DNA from: a virus
Lineage: Duplodnaviria; Heunggongvirae; Uroviricota; Caudoviricetes
Length of the DNA: 64,000 nt
Strand: one strand, 5' to 3'
Virus record (IMG/VR): IMGVR_UViG_3300028886_000031
Span: 216,485 to 280,484 of that record
Both the position numbers and the translations under genes were made by a program. Shown here piece after piece: positions 10,435-19,766 of this stretch. Numbering within the stretch: position 1 is the first letter of the stretch; every line of letters starts with the position of its first letter. The notes under the pieces are model-generated. The model saw nothing but the letters and a program-made list of their open reading frames with translations. It had not been told where the DNA came from and did no database searches.

Positions 10435-10479
10435 AAAGGAATTCAGTTGTCTAACTTCCTATGACAACTGAATTCCTTT
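10435..10479. terminator. bidirectional hairpin terminator between convergent gene blocks
   Basis: A perfect 17-bp inverted repeat (AAAGGAATTCAGTTGTC ... GACAACTGAATTCCTTT) lies between the end of 9958-10419(+) and the end of 10506-10703(-). Confidence 0.5.
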
Positions 10480-10505
10480 AGGATATTCTTCCGTTTAAAT
10501 TCTAT

Positions 10506-10703
10506 CTATTCAATGTACTCACCTTCTGTTTTATCTAACTTAACTCCAGCAAATTTTTCTATATACATTTCATATAGTCTATCCTGAGTAGATGCAAAGT
10601 GTTTATATTCTTTCAACAATAAGATCTTATTGTTTTCTTCTATTGCTTTATGTATGTCACATAACTTATGGTATATTCTATCTAAATCATGAGGATCGAA
10701 CAT
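10506..10703 (-). CDS. hypothetical protein (65 aa)
   Basis: ORF track. First gene of a long minus-strand run. Confidence 0.45.
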   Translation of the reverse strand: MFDPHDLDRIYHKLCDIHKAIEENNKILLLKEYKHFASTQDRLYEMYIEKFAGVKLDKTEGEYIE

Positions 10704-11160
10704 TTTTTACTTCCCTTCCCGTTAATAGATCATAAGACCATAATATACGCTTTGAATATAAACTACAAATATCTATTATAGAACATTTAAATAATTTTTC
10801 TGAATATTTAAGTAGATCATTAAGTATTCTAATTCTTTCTGTAATGATTTTATGCTTTACTTCTTCAAATACTCTACCGAGAAATACTACACTAGATGAT
10901 GGAATAATACTATTAAAACCACATAAAGTATCTTCTGTTAAATTACAACGTTTTATTTTATATAATGAAAATTTAGCTATTGTTAAAACATCTAGAACCG
11001 TTAAAATTGTAATATTTTTGTGTGATATTTCATTATGAAGAGTTACGAAATAATAATCACTAATTTCTTCTTTTTTATTTTCTTTAGGTTTATCTTTTAT
11101 CTCTTCAATTTTTACGCTAAGCTCTATCTTTGGAATGGTAATTCTAAATGTTTTTGTCAT
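10687..11160 (-). CDS. hypothetical protein (157 aa)
   Basis: ORF track. Confidence 0.5.
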   Translation of the reverse strand: MTKTFRITIPKIELSVKIEEIKDKPKENKKEEISDYYFVTLHNEISHKNITILTVLDVLTIAKFSLYKIKRCNLTEDTLCGFNSIIPSSSVVFLGRVFEEVKHKIITERIRILNDLLKYSEKLFKCSIIDICSLYSKRILWSYDLLTGREVKNVRSS

Positions 11161-11483
11161 GATTTATCCTCAAAATATTCCTCATATAAATCTTCAGACA
11201 TGTATCCTGCTGCAGCATAAAAGAATAGCATAACTTCTTTCTCTAATTCTTCCATTTTTTCATCTTCATCTTTTGGAATATGAACATAAGCTGAACATTC
11301 ATCCACATCCACATCTAAATCCATTATATTTTTATATCTTTCTTTACCAGCTTCCGTTAAATTACAAGGTCCAACAAATGCAATTATGGAATCAAACCAT
11401 CTACCACCATCTTTAAATTGATCTGCATAATCATCTGAAACATCTACATCAATATCTAGTTTAAGAAGTTCTCTAAGTTTCAT
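11157..11483 (-). CDS. hypothetical acidic protein (108 aa)
   Basis: ORF track. ATGA overlap with the neighbouring gene. Confidence 0.5.
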   Translation of the reverse strand: MKLRELLKLDIDVDVSDDYADQFKDGGRWFDSIIAFVGPCNLTEAGKERYKNIMDLDVDVDECSAYVHIPKDEDEKMEELEKEVMLFFYAAAGYMSEDLYEEYFEDKS

Positions 11484-11854
11484 TTGGAGTTCTCTTTAGA
11501 TTTTTTTGGATGCATTTCTTTCATCCAATCCAATGCTAAATCATAAAATTCTTTTCCAACTTCTTGTATCTTTTCATTATTTATAATTTTTGGAATGACA
11601 TACATAGCACATGCTTGTTTTGTATTTGGTGTAAATATTACAGAAAGTGCTGTACTTAGAAAAATAAACAATGATATCTTACAACCTTTTATTTGTCTAT
11701 GATACTCATCATCTTTATCTGCTGCAGTAACTACAGATGTTATTATAAAGATAATTAATGCTATTGCTGAGAATAAACAGATTACTCCAAAGAATGATTT
11801 GATACCATCTAATCTCGTAATCCAGTATATAAAACTAGGTGTGATTTCTGTCAT
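11480..11854 (-). CDS. small membrane protein, paralog of 14758-15147
   Basis: It has two predicted TM segments. The C-terminus CAMYVIPKIINNEKIQEVGKEFYDLALDWMKE aligns with the C-terminus of 14758-15147 (CAVIIIPKIVNNEKLQDVGDKFYNLAIDWMEE). Confidence 0.55.
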   Translation of the reverse strand: MTEITPSFIYWITRLDGIKSFFGVICLFSAIALIIFIITSVVTAADKDDEYHRQIKGCKISLFIFLSTALSVIFTPNTKQACAMYVIPKIINNEKIQEVGKEFYDLALDWMKEMHPKKSKENSK

Positions 11855-11869
11855 GGTTGTTTCTCCTTT

Positions 11870-12199
11870 TTAATCAACTGTTTTTATTACGAATTCATAT
11901 TCTATTAAAAGATTATTTTGTCTTCTACTAAGATATATTTTATCTGGCATAATATTTATATCTATTTCAATAGATTCACCAATATTTGTAGTTTTAATGT
12001 CAGAATCTTTATTCTGACTGGTTTTAATTAAATCTCTGTAGACAAATTTTCTAGGAATCTTATGTAATAATACATCATTTAATATATAATCGAAACATTG
12101 TTTTTGTGTTTTAAATAGAGGGTTTGCAAAAGTATCTAATTCACCATCTATATATAAATCAAATGTGTAGGTCTTACAATTTTCAAATCCCATAATCAA
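11870..12199 (-). CDS. hypothetical protein (109 aa)
   Basis: ORF track. Confidence 0.5.
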   Translation of the reverse strand: MIMGFENCKTYTFDLYIDGELDTFANPLFKTQKQCFDYILNDVLLHKIPRKFVYRDLIKTSQNKDSDIKTTNIGESIEIDINIMPDKIYLSRRQNNLLIEYEFVIKTVD

Positions 12200-12486
12200 T
12201 TCTCCATTAGCTTAACATTCATAAGATGTGTATAAATTGCTTTACCATCTTCTGTTATAACTTGTATAGAATCTGAATTTTCCCAATCTTTCCATGCTTT
12301 AATATTTACCTTTTCCCACTTATTACTATCTCCTAAAATATAAGCAACATTAAATTTTTGATGATTAAAATCTATTATCTGTTTATTTCCAAATATATGT
12401 TTTGAGAAGAATCCAAATAGTACAAGTGCTAGGAATATTAAAATTGTTACAATTACAGCACAACCTTTAAACGATTCTTCATCCAT
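12196..12486 (-). CDS. hypothetical protein with N-terminal TM (96 aa)
   Basis: ORF track. Hydrophobic segment AVIVTILIFLALVLFGFF. Confidence 0.5.
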   Translation of the reverse strand: MDEESFKGCAVIVTILIFLALVLFGFFSKHIFGNKQIIDFNHQKFNVAYILGDSNKWEKVNIKAWKDWENSDSIQVITEDGKAIYTHLMNVKLMEN

Positions 12487-12733
12487 TTTCTCTTCCTTTC
12501 TTTAAAAATAACCAATCTTCAAATGTACAATGAAGATTAATTATAGAATTTTCTAATTCACCTACATATCTAATTGCACTATTAGTATTTCCTATATTAA
12601 TGATCTGAAGCAATTTAAGTTCACATTCTTTAATCTTTTCATTTAAACTTCTTACTAATTCAGAATTCTCCTTTGTCCAGAGACTAAATGCATCTTTAGC
12701 CGAATTTTCTCTATTGTAATTTTTAATATCCAT
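12479..12733 (-). CDS. hypothetical protein (84 aa)
   Basis: ORF track. Confidence 0.45.
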   Translation of the reverse strand: MDIKNYNRENSAKDAFSLWTKENSELVRSLNEKIKECELKLLQIINIGNTNSAIRYVGELENSIINLHCTFEDWLFLKKGRENG

Positions 12734-12735
12734 AT

Positions 12736-13038
12736 TTAAACCTCAGCAAACATCCACTCTTCTGGTGAAATTTCTCCAGCTAAATAGCTTCCCGGATTAT
12801 TTTTCTTAAATTTAAGAATACCTCTAGCAATGTTACTTCTTATAATATAATAGATATCTAACGTTAATTCAAATTCTCTATCTAAAACATCTACAACCTC
12901 TTGAGTTACTTTATCTACTTTTTGATATTTCTTTTGCCATGATTCTTTTGGATGACTGTTCTTTCCAAGAACACCGTCCACAATAACTCTAAAGGCATTC
13001 TTAACTATTCTAGTTGCTTCTTTTGGTGTCATAAACAT
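12736..13038 (-). CDS. hypothetical protein (100 aa)
   Basis: ORF track. Confidence 0.5.
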   Translation of the reverse strand: MFMTPKEATRIVKNAFRVIVDGVLGKNSHPKESWQKKYQKVDKVTQEVVDVLDREFELTLDIYYIIRSNIARGILKFKKNNPGSYLAGEISPEEWMFAEV

Positions 13039-13289
13039 TCTCCAGTAATATCCTTAGATTTACCTTCTATACATGCTTTTTCCATTAAACATACATCATG
13101 ACATGCCTTTTCATTATCATATTCTTTATTTTTATCATCTGGATAAAATGAGGCATGAAAACCTTTTAATCCAAGATGTTCTTTTTGATATTCTATAAGA
13201 TCATTAAGACGTTCTGACCATTTCTTAGAATTGTCATTAATAATTTCTAACATTTTTTGTTTATGTTCATCTGTTGCCGTTTCTATCAT
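13029..13289 (-). CDS. hypothetical protein (86 aa)
   Basis: ORF track. Confidence 0.45.
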   Translation of the reverse strand: MIETATDEHKQKMLEIINDNSKKWSERLNDLIEYQKEHLGLKGFHASFYPDDKNKEYDNEKACHDVCLMEKACIEGKSKDITGECL

Positions 13290-13615
13290 TTTTTGTCCTC
13301 ACTACATTTCATTTCAAATATAGCATCATTTAACTCATTAATTGCTAATGTTTGCTCTGGTTTAAATTCAGACATACCATTTGGAGTTACATAATCAAAT
13401 TTTCCACATAATATTATAAGATCTATATCCTTTATGTTATCGAAGTTGTATTGATGTAGTAAATGTATAAAGAATACTGTATTACTAAATGAAACTCTTC
13501 TATTCTCTATTCCGTCAATCATTAATTTGGTAACTTCAGGTTCAGGAAATTTTTTTAATAAATTCTTAAACTTTTGTATTACATTTTCTCTTACTTTTTT
13601 CTTCAGCTTTACCAT
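13286..13615 (-). CDS. hypothetical protein (about 109 aa; start moved to the internal Met)
   Basis: The ORF-track start at 13663 lacks an RBS. The internal MVKLKKK start at 13615 is preceded by GAGGAG at a good spacing. Confidence 0.45.
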   Translation of the reverse strand: MVKLKKKVRENVIQKFKNLLKKFPEPEVTKLMIDGIENRRVSFSNTVFFIHLLHQYNFDNIKDIDLIILCGKFDYVTPNGMSEFKPEQTLAINELNDAIFEMKCSEDKK

Positions 13616-14141
13616 CGGAATTCTCCTCATTTCGAAGTGATTGCCAATCTTTAAACATTTCAATAATATATTGATTATTTGGATCTTCTTTTTGTAGTAT
13701 TTCCCTAGCTTTATACGTTTTCTCTATCAACGTATCTTTAGTATCATATCTTCCACAATCATATAATACAAGATATGGTAAAGCACCAGCAATTATGGAT
13801 TTATATTTTCTTACATCAAGATCTAATTCGCGAATTTTATCTAATCTTTTAGTTTTATCGAATTCGCTTTCGTTATCTTCAACTAGCATTTTTGTATATT
13901 CTATTGGATCCATATTTTCTTTTTCTGCACAATAGTTGATAAATTTTGGTTCTACAGATGTATATAAAAATCTATATGCGTCATCTAAGAAATCATCCGT
14001 AACTACGGATTTTGAACTATTCCAGTATTCTCTGTAATATTTATATGCAGCAACTCTTTGTCTTACTTCTCTAAATATATCTCCATAACATAAACCTCTA
14101 GTCATATGAGAAATTTTATCTAATATTTCTACGTCGTTCAT
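13566..14141 (-). CDS. hypothetical protein (191 aa)
   Basis: ORF track. Confidence 0.5.
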   Translation of the reverse strand: MNDVEILDKISHMTRGLCYGDIFREVRQRVAAYKYYREYWNSSKSVVTDDFLDDAYRFLYTSVEPKFINYCAEKENMDPIEYTKMLVEDNESEFDKTKRLDKIRELDLDVRKYKSIIAGALPYLVLYDCGRYDTKDTLIEKTYKAREILQKEDPNNQYIIEMFKDWQSLRNEENSDGKAEEKSKRKCNTKV

Positions 14142-14771
14142 TTACTCACACCTCACTTCTGTCATTTTAATTTCATAACAATTTGCTTCTTCTTCATTTC
14201 CATTATCATCTGGAGTTATAAATTGAATCGTTATTTTATCTGGAGTATAATTTACATGTATCTTAGACATATATTTGTCTGGAATAGTTTTTATTGTTGT
14301 ATCATTCTGGAATATTTCCATAGGAGAATATTCAAATAATTCATAATATTCATATCCTATATAATTGCAAGATATGTTCTTCATCTTTATATAACACTCT
14401 TCTTGTGTATCAAACTTTTCGTTGGATTGATCTATAAGCTGACTATTTCTATAGATAGAATAAGAATATTTAAAATTACTATCTATCTGTTGTAAACAAT
14501 ACAAATGACCATCTAAAGTCTTATGTTTTATGAAGTTTGTTAATGACTCATAAGCATTTGTAGTTGTTCTCCATACTTTTTCTGTTGCAGCTTTATCTAT
14601 TGTATAATCTAAAACATCTTGATCCAGTCTTAAAATTCTCATTGTTAATAAGTTCATAAGATAATTTAGAGCATCTGATTTTGAATCAAATTTTTTTGTA
14701 TGAAGTTCTGGTAAAATTTCACCTTTACCGTCTTTAACTGTATATTTTGCTATAAATTCACTTCTTTTCAT
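14142..14771 (-). CDS. hypothetical protein (209 aa)
   Basis: ORF track. Confidence 0.5.
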   Translation of the reverse strand: MKRSEFIAKYTVKDGKGEILPELHTKKFDSKSDALNYLMNLLTMRILRLDQDVLDYTIDKAATEKVWRTTTNAYESLTNFIKHKTLDGHLYCLQQIDSNFKYSYSIYRNSQLIDQSNEKFDTQEECYIKMKNISCNYIGYEYYELFEYSPMEIFQNDTTIKTIPDKYMSKIHVNYTPDKITIQFITPDDNGNEEEANCYEIKMTEVRCE

Positions 14772-15147
14772 TCTTGACCTCTTTCTTTTTTGGACTCAAT
14801 TCTTCCATCCAGTCTATAGCTAGATTATAAAATTTATCTCCAACATCTTGTAGTTTTTCATTATTTACAATCTTTGGTATTATAATTACAGCACACATAT
14901 CTTTTGTGTTTGGAGTTAAAGCAACCAAGACGATAAATATCGGTAAAAATATTATAGGAAGTAATTTAATAAATTTTGGAATTCTACTAGAACACTCTTT
15001 CATATTATCATCCCATATAGCATATTCATTTAATAGAAATACAATAGATAACATAGCAAATATAGCAAATATAAATGCGAAAAGATGTAATACAACAGTT
15101 ATGGAATCTAACCTACTAATCCAATATACAGTCCATGAATCAATCAT
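14758..15147 (-). CDS. small membrane protein, paralog of 11480-11854
   Basis: It shares the TM architecture and a conserved C-terminal block with 11480-11854. Confidence 0.55.
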   Translation of the reverse strand: MIDSWTVYWISRLDSITVVLHLFAFIFAIFAMLSIVFLLNEYAIWDDNMKECSSRIPKFIKLLPIIFLPIFIVLVALTPNTKDMCAVIIIPKIVNNEKLQDVGDKFYNLAIDWMEELSPKKKEVKNEKK

Positions 15148-15451
15148 TTTGTTTCACCTTTTTTTGTTTACAAAATTTACATTCTGGATAATGTGTTATT
15201 GCATACCTACGATATCCATTAACTGTTATGTATTCATGTTTGATTCTATCTATCTCGATTGTTGTTTTATAATAATAAAATCCTTCATGACTGCAAAATA
15301 GTTTCTTATCCGTTTTAAATACGTCGTTTGTATTAATAGTGTCATTTATGGAATGTTGTGATTGAGGTCTATCACAACTTGTCATTGAGAACATCAATAT
15401 TATTGTTATACCAAGTATAAATAAATTAAATTTTGTTTGTGCATTGTTCAT
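15140..15451 (-). CDS. small lipoprotein/TM protein with C-terminal HYPECKFCK Cys motif
   Basis: The N-terminus has a hydrophobic signal with a Cys (LFILGITIILMFSMTSC). The C-terminal motif HYPECKFCKQKK recurs in 18398-18805 as HYPNCKFCKSK. Confidence 0.5.
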   Translation of the reverse strand: MNNAQTKFNLFILGITIILMFSMTSCDRPQSQHSINDTINTNDVFKTDKKLFCSHEGFYYYKTTIEIDRIKHEYITVNGYRRYAITHYPECKFCKQKKVKQND

Positions 15452-15463
15452 TCTTTTTCCTTT

Positions 15464-15664
15464 CTAAGTAATCTCTAACAAGCTAACATTAACTCTAACT
15501 ACTTTAAACTCATCTTTATCAAAACCATAGTCCGAACATCTATCTTTAATTTCATCCATTGCTGCATCTAGACTAGCCCATTGGGCATAATGATGCAATT
15601 TAGATATATCAATATTCTCATATTTTCTTGCAACTATATAAAATTCTTCTGAAGATTCTGTCAT
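15464..15664 (-). CDS. hypothetical protein (66 aa), tandem paralog of 15661-15879
   Basis: IKDRCSDYGFDKDEFKVVRVNV aligns with IKENCEIYGFKRENYTILEVDV of the next gene. Confidence 0.45.
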   Translation of the reverse strand: MTESSEEFYIVARKYENIDISKLHHYAQWASLDAAMDEIKDRCSDYGFDKDEFKVVRVNVSLLEIT

Positions 15665-15879
15665 TGTACTAACTCCTTTACGTTTACATCAACTTCCAGA
15701 ATAGTATAATTCTCTCTTTTAAATCCATATATCTCACAGTTTTCTTTAATTTTATTTTCAGCATCTTCTATTGTTGAATAAGAATCGAATATTTCATTTA
15801 AATCTAAAAGATCTCCAGAATCTAATTCATAAGAATCATTAAATTTTATAATATAATATTTAGCATTCAAATTTGTCAT
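15661..15879 (-). CDS. hypothetical protein (about 72 aa; start moved to an internal Met to avoid a 158-nt overlap)
   Basis: The longest ORF overlaps 15860-16606 extensively. The internal MTNLNAKYY start gives tidy packing. Confidence 0.4.
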   Translation of the reverse strand: MTNLNAKYYIIKFNDSYELDSGDLLDLNEIFDSYSTIEDAENKIKENCEIYGFKRENYTILEVDVNVKELVQ

Positions 15880-16606
15880 TATCCTGCTCCAACTCTTGAT
15901 CTGGTCTACAAGCGTACACAATAGTATCAGCATCAGATTTCCAAATATCTTTAATTGTTTTAAAATATCCTTTATTAACATATTCTTGTAAGATTCTCGG
16001 ATCAAATCCAGGAGCAATTATATGATAACCATTAAATGTAGGATTAATGAAAACCTGTTCTGATTTCTTAGGTTTTTTATCTTTTTTATCTTCAGATTCT
16101 TCTTGTTCTTTATCCTTATTCTTTTTATCTTCCTCTTCTTTTTTCTTTTCTATATCTTTAAACCAATTAACGATTGTATCTTCTATTTCTTTAACTTGTT
16201 CATATGTTATATCATCAAGATCCAGTATAATCCTTTTTGCTCTAGAATCATGAAATCCGCTGATTATCTCGCGTGTAAGAGTGTAGTAATTAAGATCCCA
16301 ATTATCTACCTGATCACACATGAATTTTAATAACTGTCTATTAATGGATTTACCAGATCTAACCTGTGGCTTAATATAACATCTAGCATGAAATTTTTCA
16401 CAGAACTCTTTGATTAGAGGAATCTTATTTTCAAAATATGGCATATTTCTAATATAAGTGTTATATAACATTCTAGCATTTTCATTTGCTGATGTAGATT
16501 CTGGATGATCCTTCTTTCTCTGAAGAATAGAAAGCATATAAAAATCATCCGGTTGTTCAAATTTTAGAACATGGAATTTGATGTTCTCGATGTTATTGAC
16601 TATCAT
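15860..16606 (-). CDS. hypothetical protein with a Lys/Glu-rich low-complexity segment (248 aa)
   Basis: ORF track. Contains the KKKEEEDKKNKDKEQEESEDKKDKKPKK tract. Confidence 0.5.
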   Translation of the reverse strand: MIVNNIENIKFHVLKFEQPDDFYMLSILQRKKDHPESTSANENARMLYNTYIRNMPYFENKIPLIKEFCEKFHARCYIKPQVRSGKSINRQLLKFMCDQVDNWDLNYYTLTREIISGFHDSRAKRIILDLDDITYEQVKEIEDTIVNWFKDIEKKKEEEDKKNKDKEQEESEDKKDKKPKKSEQVFINPTFNGYHIIAPGFDPRILQEYVNKGYFKTIKDIWKSDADTIVYACRPDQELEQDNDKFEC

Positions 16607-16811
16607 CTATTGACTCCATTGTTATTGTTAATTTGATTATTTTGTAATTTTCATTGAGTTTTTTATGAAATTTTACACATTCTTTAGCTTTTTCTATATT
16701 ATCGAATATTTTTCTTTTATATCTATGTGTAAATTCGATATCATTAAATTGCTGTAAGGATGTATTTTTTGGTATACAACAATATCTCTGTTGTTGTCTA
16801 ATTTTAATCAT
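16593..16811 (-). CDS. hypothetical protein (72 aa)
   Basis: ORF track. Confidence 0.4.
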   Translation of the reverse strand: MIKIRQQQRYCCIPKNTSLQQFNDIEFTHRYKRKIFDNIEKAKECVKFHKKLNENYKIIKLTITMESIDDSQ

Positions 16812-17116
16812 TTTTTTACCTCCTCTACTAAAAATACTTTTTCTATAGAATATTTTATAACATAACTCGGCATTTCTTTTCCATCTATTCTCTGATATGC
16901 TGTTATTGTAACGGAAGTTAGTCCTTTATCGTCTTTTTCTGTTTTTATATCTTTCTTTACAATAATATTTCCAGTATGTTGTATATCTATAATTTTCTGT
17001 AATTGCTTTTCAGCCAGTTCTCTTGTGGCATATATGATATAAGGATCATCTTCCCTTATGATATAGAAATGTTTTGCTTTACTTCTACTAAATTCTGTTA
17101 TTGGAAAGTATGTCAT
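16808..17116 (-). CDS. hypothetical protein (about 102 aa; start moved to the internal Met MTYFPITEF)
   Basis: The longest ORF overlaps the upstream gene 17118-17426. The internal start abuts its stop codon. Confidence 0.4.
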   Translation of the reverse strand: MTYFPITEFSRSKAKHFYIIREDDPYIIYATRELAEKQLQKIIDIQHTGNIIVKKDIKTEKDDKGLTSVTITAYQRIDGKEMPSYVIKYSIEKVFLVEEVKK

Positions 17117-17117
17117 T

Positions 17118-17426
17118 CTAGTTCTCCTCCGATGTGTAGTAAATACGGTATAAAATATCATAATCACAATCATCATTATAACATATCTCAACTTCTATTG
17201 GAATAGATTCATTAAAATCTATATACGAATTAATGGCTTTCTGTAATCCTTCTGTGCAACTATTTAAAAAATCATCAACTGTTTTTATATCATCTGAGTG
17301 ATTCTCTGTTCCACACCAAAACAACCATTTATCTCCATATCCATCATTTGTGATAAGTTTAAACCTTATTCTCCCTTTCAGGATGTCTATAGGATTAAGT
17401 GTATCAATAAATGTTCTTACTTTCAT
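17118..17426 (-). CDS. hypothetical protein (102 aa)
   Basis: ORF track. Confidence 0.5.
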   Translation of the reverse strand: MKVRTFIDTLNPIDILKGRIRFKLITNDGYGDKWLFWCGTENHSDDIKTVDDFLNSCTEGLQKAINSYIDFNESIPIEVEICYNDDCDYDILYRIYYTSEEN

Positions 17427-17980
17427 TTCAACTCAACTTCTTTCATGAGAAATTCATATGTATCTGATTTAATACCTTCTGCAAAATTATATATTTGATC
17501 GACAAGTATTTGATGTGGAAGAACAGAAGTTTTTATTTCTATACCTTTTTTTGAAACAAAGAGATGTTCTGAACCAGAATCTTTATAACTATAATTATAA
17601 ACACATTGATATAAACCTGAATGATAAAATCTATCCATCATATCTTTCAACATAGCATCAAAACAATCTTTTTGTGTAAGATATATTGGATTATCTTTGT
17701 TTTCTTTCTCCCCAGAATGCCATACATTATACGTGTATCTAACTTCTTTTAATTCACGTTTTTTAATATAATAATTCTTATTATCTTTCTTATATCCATC
17801 AAATGTGGTGAGTTTATCCTGTATTTCTGTTAATCCACGCCATGTAATTTTATCCTTGTTATCAAATAGAACAAGTTCCATTAATGTATTAACAGCATCC
17901 TCCCTACAATTACATATATTCTGAAGAACTTCACCAAGTCCATCAATTCTAGTATAAGCATTAAAATAACATTTAGCCAT
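17423..17980 (-). CDS. hypothetical protein (185 aa)
   Basis: ORF track. Confidence 0.5.
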   Translation of the reverse strand: MAKCYFNAYTRIDGLGEVLQNICNCREDAVNTLMELVLFDNKDKITWRGLTEIQDKLTTFDGYKKDNKNYYIKKRELKEVRYTYNVWHSGEKENKDNPIYLTQKDCFDAMLKDMMDRFYHSGLYQCVYNYSYKDSGSEHLFVSKKGIEIKTSVLPHQILVDQIYNFAEGIKSDTYEFLMKEVELK

Positions 17981-17991
17981 TTAGAACCTCC

Positions 17992-18414
17992 TTAAGCTTC
18001 GAATAGAATAATTTGATCCTGAACATCTTTCCAAAAATCATCTATTGGTATTTCTACCTCGTCACCATTATAATCTAACATTGTAACTTTAATAATTTTA
18101 ACATGACCATCTGCATCATTTCCCCATCCTATTGAATCTTTCCAATCATCATCTGTACATCCAACGTCACCAGGAACACATTCCTGGATGTTGCCCCAAT
18201 CTTCTTCCGTTCCAATATCTATTGTTCTTCTTCTACCATCAGCTAAGTGTATTACACATATATATGGTTTACAGGCATATCTAACATTTACATTTTCTCT
18301 AAACTGTCCAGGATATATAACAATCTCTCCATTGTTTTCATTTAATTTTTTAAACTTAATATCTCTGCCACAGAATGAAAAAGTATATTCATTTTGATCA
18401 AGTGTCTGGATCAT
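17992..18414 (-). CDS. hypothetical Trp/Cys-containing protein (start moved to MIQTLDQNEY)
   Basis: The internal Met is preceded by AAAGGAGAGG 8 nt upstream. The longer start lacks an RBS. Confidence 0.45.
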   Translation of the reverse strand: MIQTLDQNEYTFSFCGRDIKFKKLNENNGEIVIYPGQFRENVNVRYACKPYICVIHLADGRRRTIDIGTEEDWGNIQECVPGDVGCTDDDWKDSIGWGNDADGHVKIIKVTMLDYNGDEVEIPIDDFWKDVQDQIILFEA

Positions 18415-18805
18415 TCTTTTTATCCTCTCCTTTTTGATAAGCTTCATAATCTTTTATCGTCGCTTTTTGTTTTTCATCTAATTTACTTTTACAAAATTTA
18501 CAATTTGGATAATGAAGAATTTGTGGTGGAGTTTCATCTGTGATGTAAATTTGATGTTTTTCTTCTATTGTACTTGTTTTTACACGACATACTTTTTTGT
18601 TAATGTTACATGGAGGAATATGTACGTAATTCGTACAGACTGGTTCTGGATGTTCTACGAGGTATGTTTCTTGTTTAGTCTGGTTTTTATGAATATGAGA
18701 TTTTTCATATTCACGATATATTATATATCCTATAATACCAGAAATAATCAAGCATAACATTACAAATTGTAATATATCTAGTATACCTTCTTGTGTTATT
18801 TTCAT
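18398..18805 (-). CDS. TM protein with C-terminal HYPNCKFCK Cys motif, paralog of 15140-15451
   Basis: N-terminal TM segment LCLIISGIIGYIIY. Its C-terminal motif is shared with 15140-15451. Confidence 0.5.
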   Translation of the reverse strand: MKITQEGILDILQFVMLCLIISGIIGYIIYREYEKSHIHKNQTKQETYLVEHPEPVCTNYVHIPPCNINKKVCRVKTSTIEEKHQIYITDETPPQILHYPNCKFCKSKLDEKQKATIKDYEAYQKGEDKKNDPDT

Positions 18806-18820
18806 TTTCCCTCCTCACGA

Positions 18821-19189
18821 TCAAGTGTTTGAATCATCAACTATCTCCTTTAATAGCTTTGGAATAGCAATAAGTTGTTCTCTAATCTGTGTATATAAAC
18901 ATACAATATCTTCATATTGACTGTCTGTGAGTTTCTTTTTGTCGTGTAAACTTGTATATATACGTTTTAATGCTCTAAGATAATTCTTATATGATTTTAT
19001 ATCTCGACGTAACACATCTACATCTACAATACCACACATCTGTTTGTTAAAAATATAATATCTATTATATATTTCCAGTAGTATATTATAAATAGAATGA
19101 AAATTATATTTCCTTTTATAATATTTTATAAAACTTAATATTCTTAAAAAGAATAAATATGATCTGCTAGCTTTATCATACGGATGCAT
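18821..19189 (-). CDS. hypothetical protein (122 aa)
   Basis: ORF track. Confidence 0.5.
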   Translation of the reverse strand: MHPYDKASRSYLFFLRILSFIKYYKRKYNFHSIYNILLEIYNRYYIFNKQMCGIVDVDVLRRDIKSYKNYLRALKRIYTSLHDKKKLTDSQYEDIVCLYTQIREQLIAIPKLLKEIVDDSNT

Positions 19190-19204
19190 AAATAAAAACT
19201 CCTT

Positions 19205-19369
19205 TCACTCTGTTAAATCGATTTCGTATGGGATATTTTTATCTATGCAATATCCAATTGCTTCATCTTCGTAAGGACTAGAATAAATATCCTTGTTTTT
19301 ATAACAAACAACAAAATTCCATATATCGTTCTTCCATATTTTATATATGATAGCTGGTTCTTCTAACAT
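19205..19369 (-). CDS. hypothetical small protein (54 aa, MLEEPAIIYKIWKNDIWNF...)
   Basis: This ORF is not in the >=60-aa track. It fills the otherwise empty 19190-19362 gap in the tightly packed minus-strand run and overlaps the upstream stop. Confidence 0.35.
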   Translation of the reverse strand: MLEEPAIIYKIWKNDIWNFVVCYKNKDIYSSPYEDEAIGYCIDKNIPYEIDLTE

Positions 19370-19689
19370 GTTTCCCAATCCGAATTATCTGGCTCAATTC
19401 CTTGTAATAAAAAATTTATCCTTGCTAGAGATTTCGGACCATAATAAATGCTACAAAAATATTTAGTCATGTCCGGACATTTTTCCGTGTGACAATCTTC
19501 ACATATATGATCACATAGTTCATTCCCGGAAATTTCATACAGCTTCTGATGTATATTTTTAATCTCTTCTTGTAAATTTTTAATTTCCCTAAATATTCCG
19601 TTATATTGTTTTAGAAATTTATAATGCTCACCCAATCGATCTAGTCTCTTCTCGATTTGATGTTTAAGTTTTTCTTGTTCAGATGTCAT
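19363..19689 (-). CDS. hypothetical Cys-rich protein (108 aa)
   Basis: ORF track. Contains a CDHICEDCHTEKCPD cluster. Confidence 0.5.
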   Translation of the reverse strand: MTSEQEKLKHQIEKRLDRLGEHYKFLKQYNGIFREIKNLQEEIKNIHQKLYEISGNELCDHICEDCHTEKCPDMTKYFCSIYYGPKSLARINFLLQGIEPDNSDWETC

Positions 19690-19766
19690 GATATCACCTC
19701 ATTGAGAAAAATCCGACTACATCAATACATAATCAAATATTAATATATTTAGAATATCCTATAGAT

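Noticed and set aside
10844-11220. Two plus-strand ORFs (64 and 61 aa)
   Set aside because: They lie antisense inside the continuous minus-strand operon and have no RBS.
14906-15301. 131-aa plus-strand ORF
   Set aside because: It overlaps two minus-strand paralog genes that have clear conservation, so it is a shadow frame.
16047-16330. Two plus-strand ORFs with poly-Ser/Phe/Leu translations
   Set aside because: They are antisense to the Lys/Glu-rich tract of 15860-16606. The translation is a low-complexity artefact.
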